From Justusliebigvirus VEcB: a stretch of 64,000 nucleotides of DNA. Below are positions 27,891-37,784 of this stretch, piece after piece; position 1 is the stretch's first letter; each line of letters begins with the position of its first letter. Below the pieces are notes generated by a model. The model was given only the letters and a program-made list of their open reading frames with translations. It had not been told where the DNA came from and did not search any database. A program made the position numbers and the translations under genes. Location: the sequence record OZ035773.1. One strand, 5' to 3'.

Positions 27891-28539
27891 TAATAAGTTC
27901 CTCTTTTTTAAGTTTAGCCAACAGGTCTTCTGGATTAATAATATGACAGAACTTCATCCCTGTGTCAACAGCTTTTCCATCATAGATCAAACTATCTCCA
28001 ACGTGTAAAATCTCCTCTGGTGCGAGATCAAACGTTACCATTTCATCAAAAGAGAGTTTAAAAAACCTAGGATCTGGTTTACACAAGCAAAACTCGTCAG
28101 AAAAATGCATAAAGTCGAATGGTAATTTTGTTAAGCCAGAATATACAGCTAAGAAACTACCTGGTACAAAATTAGTATTGCTCTTAATACTCAAAGAATA
28201 GGTTGAACTTAGCTCTTCCAACTTCTTGCAAAGCTCAGGGTTCAATATTGGAGGATGTTTTATAAACATTGCTAAACAGTCTCTTTTTAACCCATCTACT
28301 TTATCAAGATCAATGTTCAAACGAGTAGAAAGTGTTACCCAAGCATCCTTAGACGTTCCACAAATGCCTTTTTCTGCTTTTAAATCCAAGAAAGTTTTTA
28401 CCTCTTTGTAGACGGTAGCTGCTTCTGCCTCAGAACAAGAGGTATACTCGGCAATAACCTTGTTGCGCTCTTCTGCATACAAAGGGTTAGCAGTAATAAG
28501 AGTATTCCATACATCAAAAGAAATATGCTTAACAGTCAT
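27883..28539 (-). CDS. HAD-superfamily hydrolase-like protein
   Basis: N-terminal ISFDVWNTLI (HAD motif I variant lacking the second Asp) and C-terminal VGDSLIYDGKAVDTG (motif IV-like). Confidence 0.4.
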   Translation of the reverse strand: MTVKHISFDVWNTLITANPLYAEERNKVIAEYTSCSEAEAATVYKEVKTFLDLKAEKGICGTSKDAWVTLSTRLNIDLDKVDGLKRDCLAMFIKHPPILNPELCKKLEELSSTYSLSIKSNTNFVPGSFLAVYSGLTKLPFDFMHFSDEFCLCKPDPRFFKLSFDEMVTFDLAPEEILHVGDSLIYDGKAVDTGMKFCHIINPEDLLAKLKKEELINA

Positions 28540-28707
28540 TTTAATCCTCCGTCCAAAAGAATATCATCTGCTTAATTTTATTGATTTCTTGATGTAGTAA
28601 CTTTCCAGCATGTGATTGATCTTTAATATTGACAGCAAGAATTTCAAGTTCCGTTAGTTTTTCTTGGATAGCTTTATATTCATCATCTGTAAGCATTTTC
28701 TTCCCCT

Positions 28708-28911
28708 TTAGAATGGTAATCTTTGTATGTCACTTATCCCCACACCAAGAAGTCTAGCAATATCCTTATCTAAAAGCAACTCTTTTTGTTCTAAAATGTT
28801 AATCAGATCTCCTAATACTTCTTTAATGTCACGATCATTTTTAGCAACGTGACCACCTGCCGTATCAACTTTATCTTTAAAAACAAAGTAATGATCCATA
28901 ATACCCTCCAT
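28708..28911 (-). CDS. Hypothetical small protein
   Basis: Intact ORF. Confidence 0.35.
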   Translation of the reverse strand: MEGIMDHYFVFKDKVDTAGGHVAKNDRDIKEVLGDLINILEQKELLLDKDIARLLGVGISDIQRLPF

Positions 28912-28916
28912 ATAAA

Positions 28917-28942
28917 TAAAGGAGGCTTTCGCCTCCTTTTAT
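28917..28942 (-). terminator. Rho-independent terminator (minus strand)
   Basis: GGAGGC-gaaa-GCCTCC hairpin followed by TTTATTTAT right after the ATPase stop. Confidence 0.5.
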
Positions 28943-28945
28943 CAC

Positions 28946-30106
28946 TTAGTAAGAACGACCACCAAACACATACTCTGTGTAGTTTTTACGTTCTTTGTTT
29001 TTAATAACAACTTCAATGTTGTTGCCTTTATCATCGGTGAACACAAAGTGATAACCGTCACCACCCATTGTACGGATGTGTTTTTCATCATACGTCAGCA
29101 AGATACGGTCTACACCCCAGTAGTAGTCACCTTCTTCGTCTTTATCTTCTACGGTAACGACTCCTTCCATTTCAGGAAGATGCTCTTCTCCTGACTTATG
29201 ATCTACAGCTACAACATAACGATTACCGCTAAACAAACCTTGTGCTGTCATACCGTCAATATCTGTATCTGACGAAACATCTCCTGTACGATCTACACCG
29301 TTAACTTTCAGAAGTTTAACTTCTTTTGCAGCATAGCGGTGTTCAGTAATACTGATACCCATTAATGCAAGTGCATCAGAGAATTTGTCATTAGGGTAAC
29401 GGTTAAGTTCTTCTACTAGTGACTGAACAATATCAAAGTTCAAGTCCACGGAAAGATTATAAAGCGTTTCAAAATCTGGTAAAAAGGCTTTGTTCTCCAG
29501 ATTTTTAGCCAGATAGTCATCCATAGTAGCTTTAGGTAGTTTCTTATAGCTAAAGCTGTAGAAAATACGGCTAGGACGATTACGCAAAAATTCTGATACA
29601 TAACCATCATTTTTAGTCAATACAAACAGCTTGTCATAGCCACCAACACCATCCAGCAGGGTAAGCAAACCATCCTGTGCATCTTTTTCAGCATACAGTT
29701 TATCAAATTCATCGATCATAATCATCACAGGTTGTGTGATTTTAGACATAAAATTGATAAAGCCTTCACCATTAAAAGCACTACCGATAGAAATAGTAGG
29801 AATACCCATTTCACGAAGAGCAGAAGATAGCATTTTAGCTTGCAAAGTTTTACCGCTACCCTTCGTACCCTCAAGGAGAACACCTGTGTTTTTACCTTTG
29901 CGGCTAAGGAACGTCTTGATAATACGTTCTGATTTATCATCAGTATCACCGTATGTTACTGAAGGGACTTCCATATCGTTTTTAGGATACAGGAAGAACT
30001 CACCACTTTGGGTAACACCTACACCAAAAGTTCCTGCTGGAATTTCTTCGATATCTGTACCAGACTTCTGACGCAGGAAGATTTGATTGCCGAAGACTGT
30101 AAACAT
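28946..30106 (-). CDS. AAA-family ATPase (paralog A)
   Basis: Walker A GTKGSGKT, Walker B IMIDEFDK, sensor-1 VLTKN, Arg-finger-like RNRPSR; paralog of 45607-46734. Confidence 0.55.
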   Translation of the reverse strand: MFTVFGNQIFLRQKSGTDIEEIPAGTFGVGVTQSGEFFLYPKNDMEVPSVTYGDTDDKSERIIKTFLSRKGKNTGVLLEGTKGSGKTLQAKMLSSALREMGIPTISIGSAFNGEGFINFMSKITQPVMIMIDEFDKLYAEKDAQDGLLTLLDGVGGYDKLFVLTKNDGYVSEFLRNRPSRIFYSFSYKKLPKATMDDYLAKNLENKAFLPDFETLYNLSVDLNFDIVQSLVEELNRYPNDKFSDALALMGISITEHRYAAKEVKLLKVNGVDRTGDVSSDTDIDGMTAQGLFSGNRYVVAVDHKSGEEHLPEMEGVVTVEDKDEEGDYYWGVDRILLTYDEKHIRTMGGDGYHFVFTDDKGNNIEVVIKNKERKNYTEYVFGGRSY

Positions 30107-30126
30107 AGTTTTCTCCTCTATTTAAT

Positions 30127-30597
30127 TTAGTCAGATTCCCAAATGTTGTCTTTCTTAACCCACATTCGTTGATTATCTGAGCCTCTATAACGTTTCGTTG
30201 TTGGTTGATTCATATCATACTTACCATCTATCACTATGTCAACCAGTTTTTTAATTTTTTCTGGAATTTCTTCAAAAAGATATCCTGTATATAAGACAAT
30301 ATCTTTTTTGTTTCCAAAACAATCTCTTACCTTCTCAAGAACATACTCTACAGTGTCAATGTTCTCTTTGTCAAGAGGTTCACCACCTAAAACTGTTAAT
30401 CCTTTAATGAAAGGTCGAGATAAATCTTCCAAGATAAGATCTAATGTTTCAGCAGTGAACTCTTGTCCGTAGTTATACGACCAGGCTTTCTGGTTAAAGC
30501 AGCCACGGCAACCGTGGCTACAACCGCTCACCCACAAAGAGCATCTTACACCGTCACCGTTGAGCATGTCAACAGGTTCATATCCGGCGTAATTCAA
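30127..30597 (-). CDS. nrdG: Anaerobic ribonucleotide reductase activating protein
   Basis: Radical-SAM CxxxCxxC cluster (CSHGCRGC) near the N-terminus; small size; directly downstream of nrdD with a 4-nt overlap. Confidence 0.8.
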   Translation of the reverse strand: MNYAGYEPVDMLNGDGVRCSLWVSGCSHGCRGCFNQKAWSYNYGQEFTAETLDLILEDLSRPFIKGLTVLGGEPLDKENIDTVEYVLEKVRDCFGNKKDIVLYTGYLFEEIPEKIKKLVDIVIDGKYDMNQPTTKRYRGSDNQRMWVKKDNIWESD

Positions 30598-31535
30598 AAA
30601 TGTTTCTCCCTTTCTAGTACCTCTTGCATTTTACCTTTATTATAAGGGCGAGAGTTAGGGGCAGAAAGGTATCCTGACACTCTTCTGATCACAGATATGG
30701 ATTCTTCTTCATGATTGCCACAACTTGGACACTCGAAGCCTTTAGCCGTTGCTTTAAATTCACCATGAAAACCACATTTGAAACACTGATCTACAGGTTG
30801 GTTCACGCCAAAATAAGGAATTTTGTTGTAGGCATAATCTACAAGAGTTTCCAGTGCTTGCAAGTTATTTTTAAGGTTTGGTGTTTCTACATAACCTATG
30901 TTCCCACCATTACTAATTTGTGCAAAACCTTCCTCATAATCCCACTTTTGGAACGGGGTAGTGTGCATCCACACAGGTTGATGGAAAGAGTTTGTCAAGT
31001 AGTCACGATCAATAGAACCAGGATAGCGATCATTTAATGCTTTGGCAAATTTATAGCACAAGGATTCTGCTGGTGTTCCATACAAACTAAAAGCTAAACC
31101 AGAACGTTCTTTAAATGTGCCACAGATATCCTTCATATATTGAAGGATGTTTTTACCCATTGCTTTTGGATTGGTGTTACCTGGGTATAAAATCTCCATA
31201 GCTTCTGCTAAACCTACATAACCGATACTAATAGAGGCATAACCACCTTCAAATAGTTTACCAATCTCTTCATTAGCTTCTAATCGAGCTAAAGCCCCTT
31301 CCATAAACAATGTAGGGTTTTGAGATGCTTTGGTATGTCTAATACGGTTAACACGTAGCATATGTGCCTTATACGCCATCTCCATATGTTGTTCCAACAG
31401 TTCAGTAAATAAGATGCCCTTTTCACGGGACTCTGCTGCAATGATAGGTAAGTTTAAAGAAACTACGCCTAAGTTGAAACGACCATCATATTTTTCACCT
31501 TGCTCTGTTGCATAGTATGACAAGAAACTTCTACA
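30594..31535 (-). CDS. nrdD: Anaerobic ribonucleoside-triphosphate reductase, exon 2
   Basis: C-terminal zinc ribbon CxxC...CxxC and glycyl-radical motif RVSGYL; frame open upstream of the listed start; proposed exon start at TGT (Cys) of CRSFL. Confidence 0.8.
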   Translation of the reverse strand, partial: CRSFLSYYATEQGEKYDGRFNLGVVSLNLPIIAAESREKGILFTELLEQHMEMAYKAHMLRVNRIRHTKASQNPTLFMEGALARLEANEEIGKLFEGGYASISIGYVGLAEAMEILYPGNTNPKAMGKNILQYMKDICGTFKERSGLAFSLYGTPAESLCYKFAKALNDRYPGSIDRDYLTNSFHQPVWMHTTPFQKWDYEEGFAQISNGGNIGYVETPNLKNNLQALETLVDYAYNKIPYFGVNQPVDQCFKCGFHGEFKATAKGFECPSCGNHEEESISVIRRVSGYLSAPNSRPYNKGKMQEVLEREKHF

Positions 31536-31814
31536 CATTATGTTCAAAGTGGCTCGCAAGGCCACTCCCGCACCATTACGTGCTGCTGCATGTCACCATG
31601 CAGATCAGACTATATCTTCATGCTTAAAGCATGTCTACCATTTGGGGTGTCATAGGCTTACACCCTACGCTGCTACATTCATCACAGCTAGTCGTTAGGC
31701 ATTTCGTAATAGTACCCCCTTCTTCTGTGTTGGGAGTTCTGTTACGTTTAGCACGGGATTGTCTCGTTGAGAGTTCCCCCGTTTAGGCAGATTTTACATG
31801 AGCAGTTATAGTTT
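31536..31814 (-). ncRNA. Group I self-splicing intron (ORF-less, 279 nt) in nrdD
   Basis: Exon 1 ends ...AUGGGU, intron ends ...AUAAUG (omega G); intron GCUCAUG can pair with exon CAUGGGU to form P1 with a U-G at the splice site; R-like GCCUAACGACUAGCU and S-like AAGAUAUAGUCU elements present (P7 GACUA/UAGUC). Confidence 0.75.
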
Positions 31815-32672
31815 ACCCATGCTTGTGACGCGACCATCTGAAGATCCTGTAACTTCTTTGTTTAAAGGTACAGAGATAAAATCAGGATAAATGCGTTCAG
31901 CACAACACTCCATTGCCAGTTGCTTCAAATCATAGTTTGGATCGCCAGCTTTCATGTTAACACCATCTTCCAAGAAGAAGATAACTTTAGGAAACACAGG
32001 AGTTACCCTATCTTTTCCCAACCCTTGTTTGTGCACCATTAGGTAGTTTTTAGTGATCATTCTACCAAAAGCAGAGGTATCCAAACCTAAACTAATTGTT
32101 ATAAAAGGTGACTGACCATTTACACTCATTAGAGTGTTCACTTGGTAGATTAAAGTTTGCATTGCATCATAGACCTGTTTATCTACCATACGCATAGCAA
32201 TATCATAATCGCCAACATCGGCATATATTTTATTAAAACTTGCTTTAACGTATTGACTAAGCCCAGTATCAACATGTGCACAAGTTTGTCCACCATATTG
32301 GCTAGAAGCTACTGCTTGAATAATTTGAGTTAGGACAGTAGTCGCTACACCGATAGATTTTGGTTTTTCAATATGTGCATTACCAATACGGAAACCGTTC
32401 TCAAGCATATCTTGGTAATTTACCAGGCAACAATTAGTTAAAGGTGAGAGTAAATAATCTAAATCGTGGATGTGACCATACCCACTTTTATGCCATTCTG
32501 CTAAATCTTCCGGTAAAATATGGGTCATTGCCATGTGCTTGCTTAGGATACCTGCTAGTAAGTCTCGGTGAGTATTAACAATCATTGCAGGTTTGTTTGC
32601 ATTTTCACGAGTAAATTCTTCGGATGTTTGTTCGAGGAATCCGATTACATCCTCATATAGTTTTTGGGTCAT
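31815..32672 (-). CDS. nrdD: Anaerobic ribonucleoside-triphosphate reductase, exon 1
   Basis: N-terminal half of the reading frame; GGAGGA RBS upstream; terminates 2 codons past the proposed 5' splice site. Confidence 0.8.
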
Positions 32673-32692
32673 TAATCCTCCGTGGAAAATAA

Positions 32693-32716
32693 AAGCCAGC
32701 TTAATGCTGGCTTTAG
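32693..32716 (-). terminator. Rho-independent terminator (minus strand)
   Basis: AAGCCAGC-attaa-GCTGGCTT hairpin followed by TTTTATTTT. Confidence 0.55.
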
Positions 32717-32761
32717 GGTGGATCTTTATTTTAAATCTTTTTCGTAAGATTGTCCTTGATC

Positions 32762-33712
32762 TTAGTCAAGGTTTTTGGTAATACGTGTACAACCGTCAGA
32801 AGTCAAACCGTCAACTTGAGTTTCCCAAGTGCCATGAATATTTCGGAACAATGTTGTTACACCTTTTGGTTCATTAATAATGATTGCCATAACAAGTTTA
32901 GGATCGATAACAGACATAATCTTTTCCTCAATACCCTCTGTAATAACATTATTGCGCACAATATTAATTGCATCTTCTTGTACAGTAAGAGCACTTACGT
33001 TCTTAAGAGTATATACCTGCTGCGTAGTGTAAATGATACGAACATAGCTTACAGAACGAGTAGGCACAGGTTTACGCGGTCGGCGAAAACGTGGTTTTGG
33101 TGAAGATTCAGTCTTACTTTCATTTTTTGAATAATACTCCTCAAACAGTTTAGTAAATGTTTTTACATCAACTACAAACCGATCTTTCCTATATGGAGAA
33201 TTCTTATGTGCACCATTAATACCACTGTTTTCATCGAAGAAAGTAATGTTTTCTTCAGTTGAATATGTTAGATAATGGTCTGCATCTTTCCAATGTGGTT
33301 GTGGACAATGCGGATTACAAACGGAAAGCAGATAACTAATATCTTCTTCCGTTGCACTAGTATCCAGGAAACACGTATTATGCACAGTCAGTTGTACTTT
33401 TTCAGCCATATCTTTTTCTTTATCCTCATTGGTAAGATATTCAGTACGAAGAATTTCCAGAAAATTTTCAGGTGTTACTTCCATAAATGTATATTCAGGA
33501 TGAAGTTCCATATATTCAAATCCACAACCATCTAATTGCTGTAGAAAGTTAGGGTAGAAGAACAAGTCATTAACACTGTGAATCAGATCATTGATTTCTG
33601 CTTCAAACGTGTAACCAAAACTTTTGTGAATTGCCTCGTTAAGAATATGCAGGATACCCATCTCTTCTGCTGCTTTTTTAACTTCCAGTTTATTAGCGTA
33701 AAATGCAATCAT
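32762..33712 (-). CDS. Hypothetical protein
   Basis: Intact ORF. Confidence 0.45.
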   Translation of the reverse strand: MIAFYANKLEVKKAAEEMGILHILNEAIHKSFGYTFEAEINDLIHSVNDLFFYPNFLQQLDGCGFEYMELHPEYTFMEVTPENFLEILRTEYLTNEDKEKDMAEKVQLTVHNTCFLDTSATEEDISYLLSVCNPHCPQPHWKDADHYLTYSTEENITFFDENSGINGAHKNSPYRKDRFVVDVKTFTKLFEEYYSKNESKTESSPKPRFRRPRKPVPTRSVSYVRIIYTTQQVYTLKNVSALTVQEDAINIVRNNVITEGIEEKIMSVIDPKLVMAIIINEPKGVTTLFRNIHGTWETQVDGLTSDGCTRITKNLD

Positions 33713-33729
33713 TATGTTCTCCTTCTAAA

Positions 33730-34164
33730 TTAGTTTAAAATTTCTTTGGCAATGGTAGAAGCAAGTTTTCCATCATATTGATTAGGATACTCTGCTTTAA
33801 GGTGCTTCATCATATCTGGCATTTTCTTGCCTGTCAAGGCAAATTCTTCAGCAATCGCTCGAAGGTCATCTTCAGATAGCATTTCTGGTAAATATTTTTC
33901 CAGAGTGGTGATATCACGCATAGCTCGCTCACATTTGCTAAGGGAAGCATTAACTTTCTTAAGTGAGTCTAGCTCCTCTTTAGCGTGTGCAATACCAATC
34001 TTAACAATGTTAATCATAATATCATCTTCTGATTTATTTAGATTTGCCTTTTGAGTACGAGCAAGGTCAAACTCACCAATAATATTAGTTAACAAAGCAA
34101 AAGCACCCTTATCGGTTGTACGTGCTAAGATACGATCTGCTTTCATTTGTGTCACAATAGACAT
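33730..34164 (-). CDS. GatB/YqeY-domain protein
   Basis: KYLPEMLSEDDLRAIAEEF ... MPDMMKHLKAEYPNQYDGKLASTIAKEIL matches the YqeY/GatB C-terminal domain pattern. Confidence 0.6.
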   Translation of the reverse strand: MSIVTQMKADRILARTTDKGAFALLTNIIGEFDLARTQKANLNKSEDDIMINIVKIGIAHAKEELDSLKKVNASLSKCERAMRDITTLEKYLPEMLSEDDLRAIAEEFALTGKKMPDMMKHLKAEYPNQYDGKLASTIAKEILN

Positions 34165-34176
34165 TCTATTCTCCTC

Positions 34177-34749
34177 TTATTTGCTAATGCTTTGAATGTT
34201 ATTTACAACACGGTTTATTGCCAGTGAAGCCCTAGGCTCCGCAATACCTGTTGCATAGATATAAGGATGACCTTTTGGAGACTCCCTCATACCGAATGAA
34301 CCTAATTCTAAACCATATTCATCCTCTACGTCAACCCCAATATTAGTGGGTACTAAATATGTTTTAACTCCATAGTAAGTAGAGAAGAAACAGCGCATAG
34401 AGTTAGCATACTCTTCAATTGTAGCATCAGGATAGAACTCAATCAACTCCAATTTCAAGAAAATATTAAAATGGGTATCATCTAAATTTTCTTCTGTGCG
34501 GTAACATGGTGTTAGTGCCATATACGGATTACCTACTGCAAATTCAAAACCATCCTTCTCCATTTGCAGGAAAGATTGTTCTGCACTAGCTACATAGTAT
34601 TTACCGTTAGGATGCCCTAATGGGCGATCCTCTTTATTTTCTGGTAGTGTATACGCCAGTATATCAGCATCCACGAGATATGGAACTTCTAACATTTGTG
34701 CAAATCGACCATAGTAATCAATAGCTTGAGCTATTACTGCAACATTCAT
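34177..34749 (-). CDS. Hypothetical protein
   Basis: Intact ORF. Confidence 0.45.
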   Translation of the reverse strand: MNVAVIAQAIDYYGRFAQMLEVPYLVDADILAYTLPENKEDRPLGHPNGKYYVASAEQSFLQMEKDGFEFAVGNPYMALTPCYRTEENLDDTHFNIFLKLELIEFYPDATIEEYANSMRCFFSTYYGVKTYLVPTNIGVDVEDEYGLELGSFGMRESPKGHPYIYATGIAEPRASLAINRVVNNIQSISK

Positions 34750-34997
34750 GATCGACCTCCATTGCGGAATGCACGTTTAGTAATGTTTGACATAGTGATC
34801 AAATCTTGAAGCGTCATATCAGGAAAATGCTGTTCAAGAACACCTTCAACAGCGCCTACAATATCTGATAACTCAATAAGTTGCATCAGCTTGCAATCTT
34901 GATCAATAGCATCTTGAAGTTCATAAAGCTCTTCTTGAATCTTAGCAACAGAACCATATTCCTCTTTGCTAATCTCCTTCAAATGATACCCTGCCAC
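34746..34997 (-). CDS. Small MazG/HisE-like nucleotide pyrophosphohydrolase-like protein
   Basis: All-helical, with acidic EELYELQDA ... IELSDIVGAVEGVLEQ pattern resembling MazG-type NTP pyrophosphatases. Confidence 0.35.
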   Translation of the reverse strand: MAGYHLKEISKEEYGSVAKIQEELYELQDAIDQDCKLMQLIELSDIVGAVEGVLEQHFPDMTLQDLITMSNITKRAFRNGGRS

Positions 34998-35008
34998 TTT
35001 AACCCCCC

Positions 35009-37783
35009 TTAGTTTACCAGTTTATTTATATCTGGTAAAAGATTTATTTCACCTAAGAAATCACCTTCACCTTCCTCTAGCCAACTCTCATATGCTTGTG
35101 CATGATTATAGTTACCATCAAAAGAATCTGCAACAAATTTTTCTACAGTTTTTCGAGATGTGCCAGCACCAAATACACCAAGTTTAATACCATTGATCGG
35201 TAAAGTGGTGCTTGTGGGTACTTTCTCTGTTGCAACACGGTTGATATCTATAATCTCCTGTACGGTTGTATTCCATTGTAAGCATTTAACACAACGGGTA
35301 TGCGCTACATACAGTAGGTTTCGCTCTGCCTCTTCTAGTCCTACCCATTCACCAGTCTTTTTATCATAATTGGAAGGAAAATCATTAGCAACAATAACCT
35401 GATCCCACTCCAAACCTTTAGACTTGTGTGCTGTAGTCAATGTGACTTTTGCTGTAGGAGAATTTCTATGCGTTCTAAGGGTATGTGCTATAGTGTTTGC
35501 CTTACCAGAAACTACAATGTTTAACAAGCGTTTAGCATCTGGATCAGCCTCTGCACACTCAACAAATTCATCCCAGTCTGCGTAAGGTAATACAGTTTCA
35601 TGTTTTACTTTCTCAATATCTCCTCTCCGAAGAGCATTAACACTATCTACCATAGAGATAAAATCCCTGGTATCTACGTTAATAATAATTTCTTCCCCAT
35701 CTGCAATACGATCCATTGCCTCCATAAGCAAGGTTAAATTCTTGCGAAAGATGATAGTGTAAGGTTTTGTATAGTCTACAACATCTGATTTGTAGCTACC
35801 TACTACAGTATCAAAGCCTTTACCAACCAAAGGATGACGCAAAGGTTCTTTATCGCTTAAAATCATATTGGCAATGTTTGCCACTTTGGGGCCAAAACGG
35901 AAGCAAGCAGTTAATGGAAGTTCTGCCCCATACTTAGCTGTTTCAATCATCATATTAGAGCTACCTCTAAATTGATAAATGCAGTTGTGGCTAAGAATTT
36001 CATTGCCAAAGAAGTTAGCAGTATCCTCTACTTCAATATCATAATAGATACCCTCACTATCTACAATGTCCACAATCTCTTCTGCCGTTACAGTATCACC
36101 ATCTTTTACCAACACAGACATGCCTTTAAACAAACCCGCTGCCGGAATTAAGTTATATTTGGCACTGTTCACAGAGGACATGCATTCTTTTAAAGATGCA
36201 AACGGAACTATTTCAAGGATCTTTTGTGCAAAACTCAATGCTTCACGATAAGAATTGAAATATTTACGTACACGGTAACGACCTTCCAATTTAGCAGCAC
36301 TTACGCTTACACCTGCTTTAATCAGTGAAGAATAGATCGGCATTTCACTTTCTGTCCACTCAAAACTAACTTGTGTTCCTTTACAACCTTGCGCTCGCAA
36401 AGTCACTGTTAGCATTTTTCTTTCATCTACTGCACAATTGATGCTGTGCCAGTGTGGATAAGCAAAATGATAATCTTTATCCTCTAAAAGTTTAAAACCA
36501 TTTTGTCCGAATTGTTCAAAGATGTTATTGATCTTTTCTTGATTAATGCCGCGTGAACTTGCTTCAAATACACAAGTAGGAATGCCATATTGTAAACTGT
36601 AAGCCATTTCTTTTTCCATAGCAGCTTCACGGTTTTCAACAATATCCAACACCCATAATTTCTGTGCTTTTTCAGAACGTGTACGTTGCCCCAGTTTAGA
36701 AAAACCTTCTTTATCATCGAATTTGTTAGTGATCCCTACTCGGAAACCTAAATCTTTCCTCCACATTAGGTATACCACCATCTGATCATCTTTCAGAACA
36801 TAGGATGAAGCCCAAATACGATGGTTATGTGTCATATCTAAAGTTTTACCTGTGGCAGTAATAATATTCCTACCTTTTGTACGTGTAGATAAAGTCTTAT
36901 TTGTTACTTTTCTAAATGTAATTTTACCATTAGAATAAGACTCTACCTTATCACCGATTTGTAGGTCTTTCATTGTAACCTGACCATTCTCGGTATTAAG
37001 TACCGTGTTTTCCGACACACATTGGAATTCGTCACCCACTACCACAATTTGTTTTGCAGATTTAGCATTTCGCAGAATAGACAAGAATGCAGGGTTAACA
37101 TCCTGGAATTCATCACCAAAAATAATATCATAACCAAGATCAGCACCAGACAATTCAAACAATTTTACATAGGTGTCATGCGTCATCAAAGTATCTGTAT
37201 TAGGATCAATGCGCTCTCGCCACAATTGTTTTGCATACTTAACTACTTCTGTAATTAGTTTGTGTTCGTTAATACCTTTTCTTTTAATATCTGCAAGATG
37301 TACACTAGGAAAATGTTTACGGCTGATAAAAGGATCATCCGAAAATTCAAACTTACCTACGGTTTGCTTGATCATTAAACCGATCATAGCACGAGTTAAA
37401 AGTGTTTTCCCTCGTTTATCAATAAGATTATTAATCTTAAATTTCTTTGCTATCTCGCTACCTGTACCTGCAACGTTAACATACTGTCCTTCTGGTCGTG
37501 ACAGTTTTGCACGTAAACGATGGTCCAGGAATTGATAGCAAATAGAATGCAATGTACGGCATTCTACATTTAGTGGCATCTTACGTCGTGCTTCTTCTGC
37601 CATGCTTTTATTGAAAGCTAAGTAAAGAATGCGATCTTCTGTACTGTTAGCCAGCAAATAAAGTGTTGACGTTTTGCCTGATCCAGATTTAGCTTGGATA
37701 GTTAAAAAGCGATGGTCTGGAAAAGCCTCCTTAATAGCTGTTTGCTCTTCTGTTGGAGTGAAGCTCAACTCTTTCTTAGCCAT
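35009..37783 (-). CDS. SF1 (UvrD-like) DNA helicase interrupted by an intein
   Basis: Walker A AKSGSGKT, DEFQD box, motif III split as VVGDEFQ | intein | IYQFRGS; start placed at the ATG at 37783 with AGAGAGG RBS. Confidence 0.8.
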   Translation of the reverse strand: MAKKELSFTPTEEQTAIKEAFPDHRFLTIQAKSGSGKTSTLYLLANSTEDRILYLAFNKSMAEEARRKMPLNVECRTLHSICYQFLDHRLRAKLSRPEGQYVNVAGTGSEIAKKFKINNLIDKRGKTLLTRAMIGLMIKQTVGKFEFSDDPFISRKHFPSVHLADIKRKGINEHKLITEVVKYAKQLWRERIDPNTDTLMTHDTYVKLFELSGADLGYDIIFGDEFQDVNPAFLSILRNAKSAKQIVVVGDEFQCVSENTVLNTENGQVTMKDLQIGDKVESYSNGKITFRKVTNKTLSTRTKGRNIITATGKTLDMTHNHRIWASSYVLKDDQMVVYLMWRKDLGFRVGITNKFDDKEGFSKLGQRTRSEKAQKLWVLDIVENREAAMEKEMAYSLQYGIPTCVFEASSRGINQEKINNIFEQFGQNGFKLLEDKDYHFAYPHWHSINCAVDERKMLTVTLRAQGCKGTQVSFEWTESEMPIYSSLIKAGVSVSAAKLEGRYRVRKYFNSYREALSFAQKILEIVPFASLKECMSSVNSAKYNLIPAAGLFKGMSVLVKDGDTVTAEEIVDIVDSEGIYYDIEVEDTANFFGNEILSHNCIYQFRGSSNMMIETAKYGAELPLTACFRFGPKVANIANMILSDKEPLRHPLVGKGFDTVVGSYKSDVVDYTKPYTIIFRKNLTLLMEAMDRIADGEEIIINVDTRDFISMVDSVNALRRGDIEKVKHETVLPYADWDEFVECAEADPDAKRLLNIVVSGKANTIAHTLRTHRNSPTAKVTLTTAHKSKGLEWDQVIVANDFPSNYDKKTGEWVGLEEAERNLLYVAHTRCVKCLQWNTTVQEIIDINRVATEKVPTSTTLPINGIKLGVFGAGTSRKTVEKFVADSFDGNYNHAQAYESWLEEGEGDFLGEINLLPDINKLVN
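35984..37021 (-). mobile_element. Intein in helicase (346 aa, Cys1 ... His-Asn, +1 Cys)
   Basis: Begins CVSENTVLNTENG (block A), block B GKTLDMTHNH, ends IYYDIEVEDTANFFGNEILSHN followed by Cys; inserted in helicase motif III. Confidence 0.8.
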
Positions 37784-37784
37784 T

